Shown here: positions 43,761 to 57,447 of the stretch, in pieces
How the letters are laid out: every line of letters starts with the position of its first letter
Position numbering within the stretch: the stretch's first letter is position 1
Assembly (NCBI RefSeq): GCF_009914755.1
Contig: NC_060940.1
Direction: 5' to 3' (one strand)
Length of the DNA stretch: 64,000 nt
Source: the human T2T-CHM13v2.0 reference genome, Homo sapiens
The notes under the pieces: generated by a model
Told to the model about the DNA's origin: nothing
Databases searched by the model: none
What the model saw: only the letters and a program-made list of their open reading frames with translations
Translations under genes and position numbers: made by a program

Positions 43761-46700
43761 TTGTATCTTGGCCTGTGTGGGTGTTCAAACTTTATTTTCC
43801 TTATTTGTTCTCTTGCCCAGTTGCTTCCAGTCTTGGCATCCCTGTTGACAGAGCCGAAAGTACACGTTGGCTTTGCTGAGCAAACAGAGGTAATTGATCA
43901 GACAAGTAGCCGACAGCTTGGCTTCCATCCCACAGATCTTCGGGAGAATGCTTTGCTTGTTTTCTGTTTTCTGATGCAGTAAAGACTACTCAAAATCAAG
44001 CAGCTATTTACTAGGGCTTGGAAATATCTTTGTTATAAAGATATTTGACTTAAAGTACAATTCTGCTTCTATATTAGTGGACATTTATCTTATGTGTAGC
44101 TTCCCATGTATTTATTTTTTCTATTCTATTCTAGCTTGAAAAGAATAAAACAGAAATTTCCTAAAAAATTAAAAAAGAATCAAACTACACTGCAATTAGC
44201 ATGGATAAAATGGAAATACAGGTATTGATTTTGACAACTAACCATCGCATGGGTCAGCTCTTCATGCAAACACTCAGTTGCTGCTGCATTTTCAGCTGTA
44301 AAGAAGCCACTAACAATCTGGCTCAGTAAGCAGGCACACTGAAGAACTGATCTAAGAGAATCTTCCATCAATTTCTGGTACACATTTTCCTGTTAACTTT
44401 TAACACATGTAGCCTGCAGGCGTGCTACACACAAATCTTCAGCCTTCGACGGAGCCAATGATCCGTCGGAGAAACGTGTAAAGACTTAAGAACATGCGCA
44501 ATTTTCACTTTATATGTTGTTAGCGAGCAACTATTCTAAAGGTACTTTTCTCACCACTTGGCTGTAAAAAAAAAATCTTTAATGCGTTGGCACTCTGACA
44601 AAGTTACACATTTAATGAACATACTACCCTGAGGAATATTTCTTCAAATTTGATAACTGCCTCACTGACATTCAAAGACATGAGAACTAGAGATTTTGAA
44701 ACTAGTTGGAAATAATTCTCCAGTTCATCTAATTATAGTTAGAAAATCTCCAACAGGCTGTTCTACCTTGTTCAACATTTATTGAAGAATGGGCATGGGC
44801 TGGGTTTATGCTTGATCAGTAGAGAAAGAAGTTAGTAACTGAACTGTCAATGTAAATAAGCATCCACTGAGAATGTTTACACAAATCTGTTGTTTTTTTC
44901 TGACCCCCTACATAATTTACTGTACATCTTCCTCGTTTAGACAGATCCCTCTAAATGGCATACTATTGTTGTAAGGCTTGTTTCCTAGTTAGATTCCTTA
45001 ACGGGAAAGATCCTATCTTTCTGCAATGACCTTCATGACTTCCATTACAAGGTATGAGATTTAACAGACACTGAGTAAATGTTGACTAAAATGTTGGACA
45101 CCTCAGGAATTCCCATTTACCAATCAAACTAAATATACTAACCAGAAAATATTCTTATCAACTCATAAAGCAATTTTCCAAAAGTATCTGCAAATATTTT
45201 AAAGCTAATTCTGAGTTACTTCCTGTGCTTGAAAATATTACCATGAATTATCCTAAAAATTATGACAGTAATGAGAGTGATTTGAAGTTAAGAAGGTAAT
45301 ACAGGTTCACACTACATGCTTATAGTCTAAACACGTAGCAATAATAGATGCATCGGTTAGAATAATAAGCAAATTCTTTATACCTGATAAGAGAAGTAAT
45401 GAAGGAGGGTGACTTCTGGATTGGCTAATTCAGTGACTGATCAGCATCAAGGGCCTGAATTCTCTTTGTTTTTCAGCACTGCCCTCCTTGGTATGTTGGC
45501 TTTGTCTTCGGGTTGACTCCCTCATGGTCACAAAATAGCTGCTGCTACACCTCACATCTCCTTACGTCACCATTCTTATGTAGAGAATAAGGCTAAGTCT
45601 TCTTCTTATGCTTCTTTTTAAGCGAGAGGAAACCGTGACCAGATTTCTCCTCCCATCTCATTGGCTAGTATGTGTCATGTGATTTTGATTTCCCTGAGGT
45701 TTCTCATGTAAAGTTGAGAACCAAACCAGTTTCATTTTTTTGAAATTAGGGACTAGGGTAGGATGCTCATTCTCATAAAAGAAGGGTGAGAAGGAAAATT
45801 AATGTCTGCTCCTGGGGCTGTAGTTTCCAAAAGCTGATTACCTGGAAAGGTAGACAGAAACACCTGCAGTCTCCCAGGCCAAGACCAGCTGAACCCATGA
45901 CTGAATCCATAAAATCCTCAATATCCTTTGTCCAGGAGCCCCAACTCAAAGTGTGGTGTGGTGTCCCAACTGACATACCTGTGGACTATTTGCCATTTAT
46001 AGCTTTCATAGTAATATATATGGCCAAGGTATACAAAACAGATAGTCATTTTTCTTGGTAATTTATTTTTATCAAATTTTACAGAAACATCAGTCCTTCA
46101 AGGACAGGGTAAAAAATTGCTGTATTAACACAGATTATTGGAGAAGCACTGCTCTAAGCTACCAGTGTTAGACCTGAGCTGAAGGCCTAAGGGTGCTGGG
46201 GCCCTGGATAGAGCTAAACACAAAATATTTGGACAGCGAGAGAGGCTCATAGACTTAAGTAAAGAAAAAAATTAAAATAAGAAATTGCCACTCAAAATGA
46301 GTCTGCAGGCTAAACTCTCAAACACATAGGGGAAAATTAGTAACCAGCAAAATCAATATTTGGAAGAGGAATGTATTCAAGGTGAAATTTTCAAAAGCAG
46401 ACATGCCTGAAAATGCCTTTAAAATAAGTATACTTAGAGTCACTCACGAGATTTTTAAAAAGTATGCTATCTACATAAGGAATAAAATATAATTGTGAAA
46501 TAAAATAGGCAGAAATAAAATAGGAAAGGAAGATATGTGAAGGAAACAGCTAGAAATTCTGAAAATAAATCACATTTCACAGGATACTTTTTGCCTGGGA
46601 ACAGTCATTTAAAAACATGACAGAGAATTAAGAAATCCACCAAGTACATGACAAGCAATAAAGAAATGAAAGATATAAAATATCAGTTCAATAACATGAT

Positions 46701-46980
46701 ATATTGAGAAGCTTCGGAAGACTTAGACAAAGAGTTTCAAAAGAAAAAAATAGAGTGCCTATAGTGAAGGTGTAATATTTGAAATGATGATGACTAAGAA
46801 TTTCTTAATTTGATGAAAGTTCTTAGTTTTCAGAGGGTAGTCTCCCTAAAGTGCTGAGTGAACTAGTAAAAACCAGACTTGTCCTGAGCAAACCATAGAG
46901 TGATACCTTCAAATGTTGAGAGAAATAATGGAGTACACAGATCTTATGTCTAGCTATATTATGTTTAAAGAGTGAAAACA

Positions 46981-47146
46981 GGCCGAATGCAGTGGCCTGT
47001 AATCCGAGCTACAAGGAAGCTGAGGCAGGAGGTTCCCTTGAGCCTAGGAGGTCGAGGCTGCAGTGAGCCGTGATCGCACCACTGCACTCCAGCCTGGGCA
47101 ACAGAGCGAGACCCTGTCTCAAAAATATACAAATTAAAAAAAAATA
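46981..47146 (+). mobile_element. Alu monomer (FRAM-like)
   Basis: Single monomer with A-rich tail. Confidence 0.75.
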
Positions 47147-47620
47147 AGACTGAGAACAAAATTAAATATTTCAAGGCATATAGTTTTAACAACGCCCTTA
47201 TGGAAAGAACTACTAAAGGACATACTTCATTCACCAAGGGGAGCATAAGTCCAGAGGGAAGGAATGAAAATAACAGAAAAAAAGAAAAACAAGTAATCTC
47301 AAAAATTGGTTAAGAAATGTTGATCAGTGTCATTAAATATTACCTGTACTCTAATATTCTATTCTTTTAAACCTGTAATTAAACTTTTTAAACTGCAATT
47401 AAAATTCTAGACAACACTGAAGAGGAAGCTTGTGAGGGAAACACACTGATAGTTAATGAAGTTCCTTGGTTTCAATGAAAGGAAAATAAAGCCACAGAAT
47501 AACCTCTGGTTTTGTTAGAAGATATTAGAGCAACATATGGATGTTAAACATAGAAGGGGAGCCACTGAGAAAGTAAGAAGCAATTGCTAAATCCCAAAGG
47601 AGCTGAGGACATTTTAAAAA

Positions 47621-47877
47621 GCCCAGGCTGGAGTGCAGTGGCACTGTCTCAGTTCACTGCAGCCTCTGCCTCCTGGGTTCAAGCGATTCTCCTGCCTCAG
47701 CCCCCGAGTAGCTGGTACTACAGGTACGCACCACCACATGGCTAATTTTTGTACTTATAGTAGAGATAGGGTTTTGCCATGTCGGCTAGGCTGGTCTCGA
47801 ACTCCTGACCTCAGGTGATCCTCCCTCCTCGGCCTCCCAAGTGCAGGGATTACAGGCATGAGCTACCATGTCTGGCT
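47621..47877 (-). mobile_element. AluS lacking 3' end/tail
   Basis: Antisense Alu beginning abruptly at GCCCAGGCTGG. Confidence 0.85.
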
Positions 47878-48859
47878 AAATGTATTGTTAATCATAATAG
47901 ATTAAAGTCATCTACTTAAAGGCAGCAACCATCAAATTGGATTAAAAAACACAACTTAAAATAAAACAGCATAGAAATGTTAAAGATTGAAAGTAACTGA
48001 ATGAACGTCAGGCAAATACTAACTAAAACACAGCTGATGAAACAGTAGTCTTATCAGACAATACGGAATTGGAGACAAAAAAGTTTTAATAAGGATAAAG
48101 AAGAAAACATGCATATATCATATATGCGTATACGTAATATCACCAATAATGTGATATTATGGTCATGCACTTGTATAAAATTGACAGAAAAATTTAGAAA
48201 ATAATGCCCTGAAAAAATGTCATTACCTGGATATGATAACTGTTAACATTTGAAAATATCTAACTGGAATTTTTGTATGCACATTTATGTAATATATATA
48301 TGCTTTGTTGTCATTCAACATCTTTCCATATCAAATCATCTACATATATTAATAATTAATGTTTACAAAGTATACTACTGAATAGATATATCATAATGCA
48401 TTTAACCAGTCTTCTATTATTAGATATTTAGGATTCTTCAAAGTTTTTTCTATCATAAGCAACTTAATGAATACCCATGTGCAAACACTTTTACTTTTCC
48501 TGCTGTGGACACCTAAAAAGCATACACACTGCAGTGCCTTTGAGGCATATCACTACATTATAAAGGCGAACTTTTCCCGGTGGTCTATAAGGGTGCGTTT
48601 CTTGTTATCTACTCATTAGCACAGGGAATTATCCTTCTTTCTTCCTTTTTAAAAAACATGAAAATACTTTTTTTTCAGCATCTGTAAACAAAACAATATA
48701 TGATTACTATAAAGAATTTTATACAGTTTAGGGAGGTGGGTAGAGAAAGTCAATAGCATCCATAACCCATCACTAGATATAAGAACTATTAAAAATATGG
48801 CATATGACTTGCTACAATGTTTTCTTTTTTATGAAATTGAGATTGTACTAATTTTTCCA

Positions 48860-49200
48860 TTTTAATAGTGAAGTATAATTTACCTACAGAAAAAAGAAAA
48901 CGATTGTTTTTGTTTGTTGTTTTTGGTGTCAAGTTCTCCAAGTTTTCACAAATATATATAGTTGGGGAATCACCACCATAATCAAAATATAGAGTAGTCC
49001 CATATTCCCCATCTCCTCTGTAGCCACCTCCTCTCCCCACCCCTAGCTCTGTAGTTCTGCTGCTTCCAGAATGTCACATAAATAAAAATCACACAGTTTT
49101 GAGCCTGGCTTCTTTCAGTTAGCATAATGCATTTGAGATTCATCTATGTTGCTGTGTGTGTTAGTAATTTGTTCCTTTTTATTACTGTGTAAGATGTATT
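48860..49200 (-). mobile_element. L1MC-like 3' fragment
   Basis: CACCACCATAATCAAAATATAG..TCCAGAATGTCA..GGCTTCTTTCAGTTAGCATAATGCATTTGAGATTCATC. Confidence 0.65.
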
Positions 49201-50520
49201 TCTTTTAAATCTTTGCTATTTCTATTGGTAGAAAAAGAGGATATTCTTTTAAAAATGTACATTGATTGATTACTAGTGCAATGAAATTATTTGTATGTTT
49301 ATTGTCCATTAGAATTCTTTCTAGAGTGAATCACACTGTCTTCCTTTAAAATATATCGCAAGTTAGGTTTTTTCATTCTCCTCTTTACCACCTATCAGTG
49401 ATGTGGTTTTACTGTCTAATATTTGGAGGCTTAATTGACCAAGAAATCTAGCCTCCACCCTAGCTGATACTGGCAGCATCTGTGTGTGATAGAGCGTTGA
49501 CACATGACTCTCTGGGAGACGACCGTTAAGCCAGGACCTTTAATACCATGTAGGTGGAGGCAGGAAGAAGATGATTTCAGTCCTTTCCACCCAAGATGTA
49601 AGGAGAGGGGGATCTGGAAAACTGAATGCTCACTTCTAAGGCATTCTCTGGCTTTCACCTTGTTCTCACGGTGAGAACTGTTTCTCTCTAGTCAGCCCAG
49701 GACCAATACGATGAAAAGTAATGAGCTTGTATCAATAAACATTTATGAGGCTAGTTTCAGGCTAACAAACTAGGTCCCCCAGGCAAAGTCCATCCACCTG
49801 CCAAGCTACAGAAAAGGGTTAGTCCTCTGGGATTTTCAGCCATCTTTCTTGTGAGACAGTGCATCCTTGTGCTTAAGGGCAAGGTCTTCAAAATCAGCTG
49901 GTCCTGGATTCAAATGCTGCTTCTGATAGTAGCTGGAGAGACCTGGTACAGTTTGCTTAACTTCTGGAACTTCAGTTTCTCAGCTATCGAAGAGAATAAT
50001 TGTAATTCTTACTTCCTTAAGAAGTCAGTAAGATTAGGTATGTAAAACATCTAGTACAGTCCTTGGCACATGTTGAAGACTATTATATCCTATGAATGGT
50101 AGTGATTGCTATCAGACTTAAAGTAAGAATGACCACCCTGTAGGTGGATCTAGGGCTCAAGAATTTCATTTGCTCTCTTTCTTTCCAACCAGAGCCAAGA
50201 AGGGAGATGAGTAAGAGTAACTGGACAAGCTCTTATCAGAATTAGAAAGTTCAGTTCTGTCTTTGGAATGATTTCATGTCTATACACTTTCTTCCACTAG
50301 ACACCAAGCAATGCTCCATGAGCACCAAACCTTGATCTTAGATGGCCATCAGCATATCTCTGTGAAGGTGTTATCCCAACATGGTTTTGCAACCATTGCC
50401 CTTCCCAACAAGAAGTCCTTTCTTTAGACCCACAAACTGGAGCACACACAGTGTATTATGTCAGTTCAGTGTCCCCGGAACTGTGTCCCACACAGCGTAT
50501 TAAATCTGACGCACAATAGG

Positions 50521-50882
50521 TGATGTGATTTGGCTGTGTCCCCACCCAAATCTCATATTAAACTGTAGCTCCCATAATTCTCACATGTCATGGGAGGGAC
50601 CTGGTGTGCGATAATTGAATCATGGGGGAAGGTCTTTCCCATGCTGTTCTTGTGATAGTGAATAAGTCTCACAGATCTGATGGTTTTATAAAGGGGAGTT
50701 ACCCTGTACATGCTCTCTGGCCTGCCACCATGTAAGATGTGACATTGCTCCTCCTTGCCTTCTGCCAAGATTGTGCTGCCTCCTGAGCCATGTGGAACTG
50801 TGAGTCCATTAAACCTCTTTCCTTTATAATTTACCCAGTCTCGGGTATGTCTTTATTAGCAGCATGAGAACAGACTAGTACA
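50521..50882 (+). mobile_element. THE1 (B/C-like) solo LTR
   Basis: TGATGTGATTTGGCTGTGTCCCCACCCAAATCTC..CAGACTAGTACA; TSD ATAGG/ATAGC. Confidence 0.88.
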
Positions 50883-53800
50883 ATAGCTCTCTTGACGTGC
50901 ATTCATGCTTTTACCTTCTAAGAAGCAGAGTCTGCTATTGTTCAAAGAGTGTGAGATTTGGAGTCTGAAAGACCAAGGTTACTTGCTGTCCCTGAGCCTC
51001 AATTTCCTTATCTCACCCTCCAAGGACTGTGATAAGGTTTAAATCGGGGAAAAGGCAGCTGCAAACATGTGATTCCATTCATCCACTCTTCTCAATTATA
51101 ATTTATCATTTTGGCTCTGGTTCACATTATTTATTTTGGAATCCAATATTTCTCTTTATTTTTTCTCCTGTTGTTCATGACGGGCTCTGTGATCAGAGTT
51201 GCTAATTTGATAAAGACACTTGAAGATACAAGCCATGGAGGATCTAGGGCATGCACATGGTCTACTCACCATCCGTAGTTGTACACCAAAGTACTGTCTT
51301 GCTGCTGGTGTGTGCTGATTACTTCTAGAGATTGTGGCTCTCACTGGCGGTGGCCACCTGTAGGGGACCTTCCCAAACACTGCTGTCCAGCTGTAAGTGG
51401 CCTTCTATCGTATGTTCCCCCGGCCTCACTGGAGCGGGGTTGCTACACAAAGCCTGTCAAGTAAATGTTCATCAACCCATTTAGCACAGGGCTGAAATGC
51501 CAGAGGCATCTTTTATTCTCACTAAGATATTGCCCTCTCTTTGGGGAAGGCAGGCCTTGGTGGCACCAGTCTATTTTTCCTGGCTCTCTTGTTGACACTA
51601 GAGGCGCCGTCTTCAAAAGCAGTGTGTGCTTTTGTGTGGTAGAGAACCAAGAGGGGTCCAATTTTGCCATCAATCATATTTAATAGCATATGCTATTAAT
51701 GTAATTTTGTTATTGAAGATTCCTAAATCTATTCAGTGGCTTGCACAAGACAATTATGGTTTTTCAAAAGTACATGCATGCAATCAGATATCACCTTTAA
51801 TTAGAGCTGTAGCAATTAAATATGGTCATTATAAATGTAATATCATAAAATATTCATTAAATAACAGTTGATGTGGCATTTCTTTGATTTAAAGGAAAAT
51901 GACATTGGGATCAAACAATGAGAGTTCTTATGAGTTATTTGATGTCTTATAAAAAGATTGTCTGCTAGGAGGATGATGTGAAAAGGTATGGGGAAGTAAG
52001 CTTTTGACATTTTGAACAGCTTTCCTCTGCCTCAGAGCCACTCTCAGCTTTGCTCTCCCACGGCTCGTGGTTTTAAGATCTACTCATTGCCTAAAGCAAG
52101 GCTGTTTGAGTTCAGGTTTTGGATCTGATTAACAGCAAGGCCTCTGGGCTCCCCACACGATTCCCTTGTAAGTGAAGGCAAGAGTCAGATACGTTCGCAG
52201 CAAGTTTTCATTGCGGAGTCCATATCTCTTTGATGAAATGCTTTGCCTTTAGATTGGAAAAAAAAACAAAAACAAAAACAAAAACAACAACAACAACAAA
52301 AAGAAATTAATGTGAGCTCAGTGCAAAAAATACTTCCTTAGAGGAAGTTTTGTGGGCAGTGAGGACGTGTAGGGGGAGAAAGATCCCAAGTTCAACAGTA
52401 GAATAATCATATTTAGATGTCAGGAGACAAACTTGCTAAGCTCTCGTCAAAAACCAGGATGGCTTAATTAATTTTTTTCTTAGTAATAGAAAGTTATAAA
52501 TACTTAAAATAGACTAAATAAAGGAGTACTTTTCCCGAATCTGTCTTTGTGCTTGCTGTTTTGCATTTTGAAGTAACTAAAAATTGAAGAGTTTTTTATC
52601 CTCCCCTTCTTTGGAAAAACTAATGGTCTCAGCTTACGTTCCTTTATTGTATGTTCTCTGGTCATTTTGTGACTTGTCATTTAAGAGCAGGGGAAAGAGG
52701 CTGCTTTGTATCAGGAGAAGGTTTCAACTAGTTCCCTGGCCTTGTTGCTACAAACACATTGGCTCGGGAAGGATATGGAAAGGAACTACAGAAGGTGAAT
52801 AACGACTCCTCCAACAATTTAGAATGTTTGAAGTTAATTATCCTACTCTGATGACTGGTTGTCTAGACATTTTAAGTATTTATTTTGTGGTGTCCCCTAC
52901 AGTTCATAATTAAAGACCTAAAGGAAGGCTCCCGGAGGTTTTTACTGGCCAGACCAGAAATTACCCACACAACATACTGTGCATCGGCAAAACACAGGAA
53001 GAAGTTGCATTCCTTTTTTTCGTGTAGCCTGATCGGAGGCAGTGGCTGGAGTATTGACCATCTTTGAACCACAATGGCATTAATGAACCCGGCTGAGACC
53101 CAGTAAGGCTCAGCTAAGGATCTTAGACTAGGACTCAGTTTGTCAATGGTTCCTAAGAGACAGGATGGGAGTGGGACAGATTTGCTAGAGTCATGAGTTT
53201 CCTAATCATTAGTCTCTGAATGTTACCTATGCCTCAGAGTCAGGGGCAAAATAGGGTCCACTGAACTGACACAGGCTTGGTAAAACTGTTCATTTATTCA
53301 TTCATTCATTATGTTTATCCTGAGAGTATTTGCTCAGTGCCCGTATGTCAAAAGCATTGGGCTAATATTTTTGTAAAGAGCTCAGTCATCTGGGTCTGAA
53401 TCTTGACTTTGTTACTAATGAGTATATGACCTGTGGCAAGTTGTTTAATCTCTCCGATATTTAGTTTGTTCATTTGTCAAGGGAGGATAATATTTTTTCT
53501 TGCATGATTATTAGACAGATTAAGTAAGATATAAAATTCACTGAATACAATCCCCAGCATATAGTCACTGCTTGATCATCGTGGATTATTAATGTTTGCA
53601 AATATTTGATAATTGATGCAAAGAGGGTGTGAAAGTTGTGAAGTTCTATCTGCTTGCGATGGTGTCTTCAGTTCTATGATTCTCTAGTTAGCCTGAGGTC
53701 TCTAAGATAAGCCGTGAAAAGTTTCAGTGAGGCTCTTTGTGTTACACCTTCCCTTTCTTATGAAAACAACACAAATCTCCCAAATGGAGTAAAATAACAT

Positions 53801-54681
53801 CGAAGAGAGGCCAAACAAGATGCTATGGTATCCTGGCCGGTCAAGATTTCAAAGGGGCTGGGAGGAGCCAGTGAGGCTTTGTAGATAACACAGAATTTGT
53901 AAAATAAGCATCCTGCTATCAGGACGGCCTCTGGCTGGGGCTCTTGGCTCCTTCTCCTGGAGTCTCCCAACTTTCAGAGGAATACAAACACACTCATACA
54001 CACACACACACTCAAATACAGACAGAGCTTAAGTGAAGCCTGGGGTGTATGCAGGGCATCTAAATTCCAAAGTGTGTTGTGTGTGTAAATTCTAGTTTTA
54101 AAAATTTGGTCACCAGAAACTGTCATTTCATGTCACACATGGTGGTGCCAGGACACAGCTCCAGTGCCAAATGCAGCCTTTCAGGGCCACCTCTTCTCAG
54201 TGGCTTCTCTGCATTCTAGCAGGTCCCAAATGTCATGAGGTGTACCCCTGATTGTAAACTTAACTCGTCACCTTTTCTCAGAGCCAATGTCTGCCTTCCA
54301 GGCCTCCTTGAATTTGCCTGGAAAACTCAGCCATTTTGAGACATTTCTAGAGAAGCAAAAGATTACCCCATCACTCTTAACCATATCTGTTATGCCACAA
54401 GGATTGGTGCTTGCAACAGCTACACTTGCAGTCTGTTCTCAGAGAGTCAGTGAAAGGGTTGCCTCTGGTCCCCAAAACTTAGCACATGAATAAAGAATAG
54501 GCTACAGACAGACAGTTGGACAAGAAGGCAATGGAATGGATGAGTGAATAAATGAGAGATTGAATTTCCCTTTCAAGCAAAGATTCAATTCAAAAGTCTA
54601 ATTCATGGACAGTTGTTGGTATCCTTGGAAAAGAGAAGCCATTTTCCATAGAAATTACTATTAGAGAAGGCATGGTAAAAT

Positions 54682-54736
54682 TTTTTGCCAGTACTTTTAA
54701 TTGCAAAAACTGCAATTACTTTTGAACCAAACTAAT
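54682..54736. mobile_element. MADE1 (Hsmar1 MITE), partial
   Basis: TTTTGCCAGTACTTTTAATTGCAAAAACTGCAATTACTTTTGAACCAAACTAATA. Confidence 0.75.
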
Positions 54737-54804
54737 AGTTATAAAGAAGACGTAATCCCAGAGTGAATGGGGGCTATCCATGTGAAAGTCTGCTTGAGCC
54801 AAGA

Positions 54805-54897
54805 AATGGAGGGAAGGAAGGAAGGAGAAAAAGAGAGAGAGAGGGAGAGAGAGAAGAAGAAGAAAGAGAAAGAGGAGGAGGAGGAGGAGGAGGACGA
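54805..54897. repeat. Purine-rich low-complexity tract (GA/GAA/GGA)n within an MLT1 remnant
   Basis: Direct inspection. Confidence 0.8.
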
Positions 54898-57157
54898 AGT
54901 GGGTCCCGATGACATTGTCTAACCACCTGCTTCAGCTCAACCCAAGCCATGACACCCCTGGCCTTTTCTGGTGTATGAACCAATACATTTCCTTTCTTCC
55001 TTAAGGCTGTTCTTTCATTTGCAAACAACAGTCTTGATTAATACAATAATGGAGGTGGGCTTTATGCTTGATTTTCTTTTGGAAATATAGCAGAAGATGA
55101 CTCAGAGAAAAGATAAACTGTTTTTATGGCATGTTCCACAGCAGTTTATATTCTGCAGTAATTTTTAAAGGATTGGGGAGGTAATCAGGCAAACAATAGT
55201 CCTGCCTTAAATTAGATTAAGCTGCCTTAAATGAGGTGGTTACCCTGGCTCTACTGAAAGTCATCACAGTGGGGAAGGGGAAAGTTCTTTGGGAAGGGGC
55301 AGCACTGGGGTGCAGACAAGTGGGATTCTGATTTTCTCTTATTGGGGAAGGAGGGAGGCTGTGTTTTAATCTCTATTTAAGCAAATTGGTCAATTGACAC
55401 CTTTCTTTCTTCTGAAATCATTCACTCTGAAATTCATATCCATCTCTCTGATTTAGACACTGGGAAAATCCTCTTCAGGCTAAAAGTGGACTAAGATGGA
55501 CTATTAGAATGTCTTCCCCGAATTATGTCCAGAATATTTCTCCAAGTGGGAAAAAGTGCATTTTAAACAGCTCTGATATTTTCCCCTTTGTTTTATCAAT
55601 ACTGCCTCATTTCAGCGTGGGGAGGCCAAACGGCTCTCGCTTCATCCCATGAATTAATGATTCTTCAAATCAATTTAATCTGGAGCCTAATAAATTTTCT
55701 TAATGACAAATCAATGTCAAAAATAATGAAAGAAGGAGTGATTCAATGTGTTTGCCCCACAATTTCTACTTTCCTAAGCAGAGATGTATTATCTGAAGGG
55801 CAGATTTAACATTTTCTCTTTCTACAATGCATGACACTCTTTCCCGTGCAGGGTGAATTGTCAACAGCAAGAATACAGATTTCTTGCACCCCCTATAATC
55901 AGATGCTAGTATTTACAACATTTTCTTTTCTCATGCTTTTTAAAGCCTAGGAGGAGAGTGAGCAACAGAGAACCAACTTCTTAGGCATTGTCTGCTGGGG
56001 CAAACAAACAAACAAAAGGATGATGAGTGTGTGAGTGTGTGTGTAGTACATATGTTACTGGAAAATGTTTTAAACAATGTTGATATGTTGATAGGTGAAG
56101 GGGTGTAATCTATTAATATAGTGGAGTATGTAATGAAGAAGATGGCAAGGGGTGAGAAAGATAGCCTTCTAGTTTCTTCCTTCTAACCTAAGTTCTATTG
56201 CTAGAGACAAATAAATAGTGACACTATTAAACTAGCAATCCTTCCATCTTTAAATGCTTGGCTGGTAATTCTCCGCCCTCCCCCCTCCAAAAATTAACTA
56301 ACACTTGGTAGGAGACTACTTACTATATGTCCATGACTGAGTCAGGTACTATTGGTGGTTAAAGAAATTAAGCCGCAACTTCAGGAAAATTACACCCAAG
56401 CTTAGGGATGAAAATCTAATACATGCATGACAATGAGAAGAAAAGGTGTGTGCGGATAATGATGACAGGGCTGCTTGAGCGTAGGGTGAGGTGAGAGCCA
56501 GTTGTGAAGGAAAGTAGAATGGGGAAAGTTGTATTTAGGAGGCTGGAATGCAAGGCTTAGAAGACAGGGCATTCCTAGTGGAATTAAGTGTGAGCTAAGT
56601 GAAGATAAGACCTGAAAGACAAGATGGTAAGCTCCTTGTTAGTTCTTCCCTATTTTAATTGTGAAGAGGGTCCACTCACACAATGATTTTTTTTTTTTTC
56701 TTTTCCATGCTGACTCCTGAAGGTGTGCTGGGCTAGTGACTTTGTGAGGTCCTGCTTCAAGTTACTCCATTTGTAAAGGGCAGTGGAGATAAATTCTTTT
56801 TTCTGCATTTATCTTAATTCTCTAAACTACCTTCAAGTTGGACTGAAAGGTATGGAAATAGAAAGGACAGAACTTAACATCTCAGGAAGATTTCCAGAGA
56901 AAGTTATTCTAGAAGTCTCACAGGCTAGGATTCAGACCTTCTCTTCCAGGATCATGAAACACAGATCATATGTACACAGTAATGGATGTTTTTAATAACA
57001 CTCATTGTCCTTCTGGGAGCAAGGCTCAAAGCAGCTCTACCTTTCCCTTCTTAGAGATGAACATGATCAAATATTTAAGGCTAATTCTTGCCTTTATCCT
57101 TGGTCATTGTTTAAGATTGGGAGGGAAGAGAAATACCAATCTCAACCTGGGACACTT

Positions 57158-57395
57158 TGAGAGTTTATTTGCAGGTTCTAGCAGGGGAGTGCAGCTATTC
57201 ATATATGCTTAACCAAAGACTGGTTCTCCTCCACCTGGGATGGTCATCCTCTTTGACCAAGCCCACAGCTTCTGGAGGGATGCACATGGAGTGGTAAGAG
57301 AGGGAAGGGACACACGCCTAGCCAGCCAGATCATCCAAATAAAGCCTAGTGATCAATGGGGTGACAGATGTCACAGCCAGACCGTCCTGACTTCC
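57158..57395 (-). pseudogene. 7SK snRNA (RN7SK) retropseudogene, 3'-truncated at about nt 240
   Basis: Reverse complement follows 7SK: CTGGCTGTGACATCTGTCACCCCATTGATC...GATCTGGCTGGCTAGGCGTGTGTCCC...CTCCCCTGCTAGAACC...CTCTCAA. TSD AACCTGGGACACTTTGA (57144-57160) / AACCTTGGCCACTTTGA (57396-57412). Exact RN7SKP number not asserted. Confidence 0.93.
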
Positions 57396-57447
57396 AACCT
57401 TGGCCACTTTGATATGCTGATATTTCTCTCAGACATTTAAGTAGAAA

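Larger units (their letters stand above)
46200..48110 (+). mobile_element. Highly decayed L1 ORF1/ORF2-5' remnant interrupted by Alus
   Basis: A-rich sequence with endonuclease-region remnants (GGCAAATACTAAC..TATCAGACAA..AAGGATAAAGAAG). Confidence 0.55.

Noticed and set aside
52186-52197. CAGATACGTTCG resembling the extended HNRNPA1 5' leader as I remember it
   Set aside because: A 12-bp match is plausible by chance in 64 kb on two strands; no retro-insertion hallmarks.
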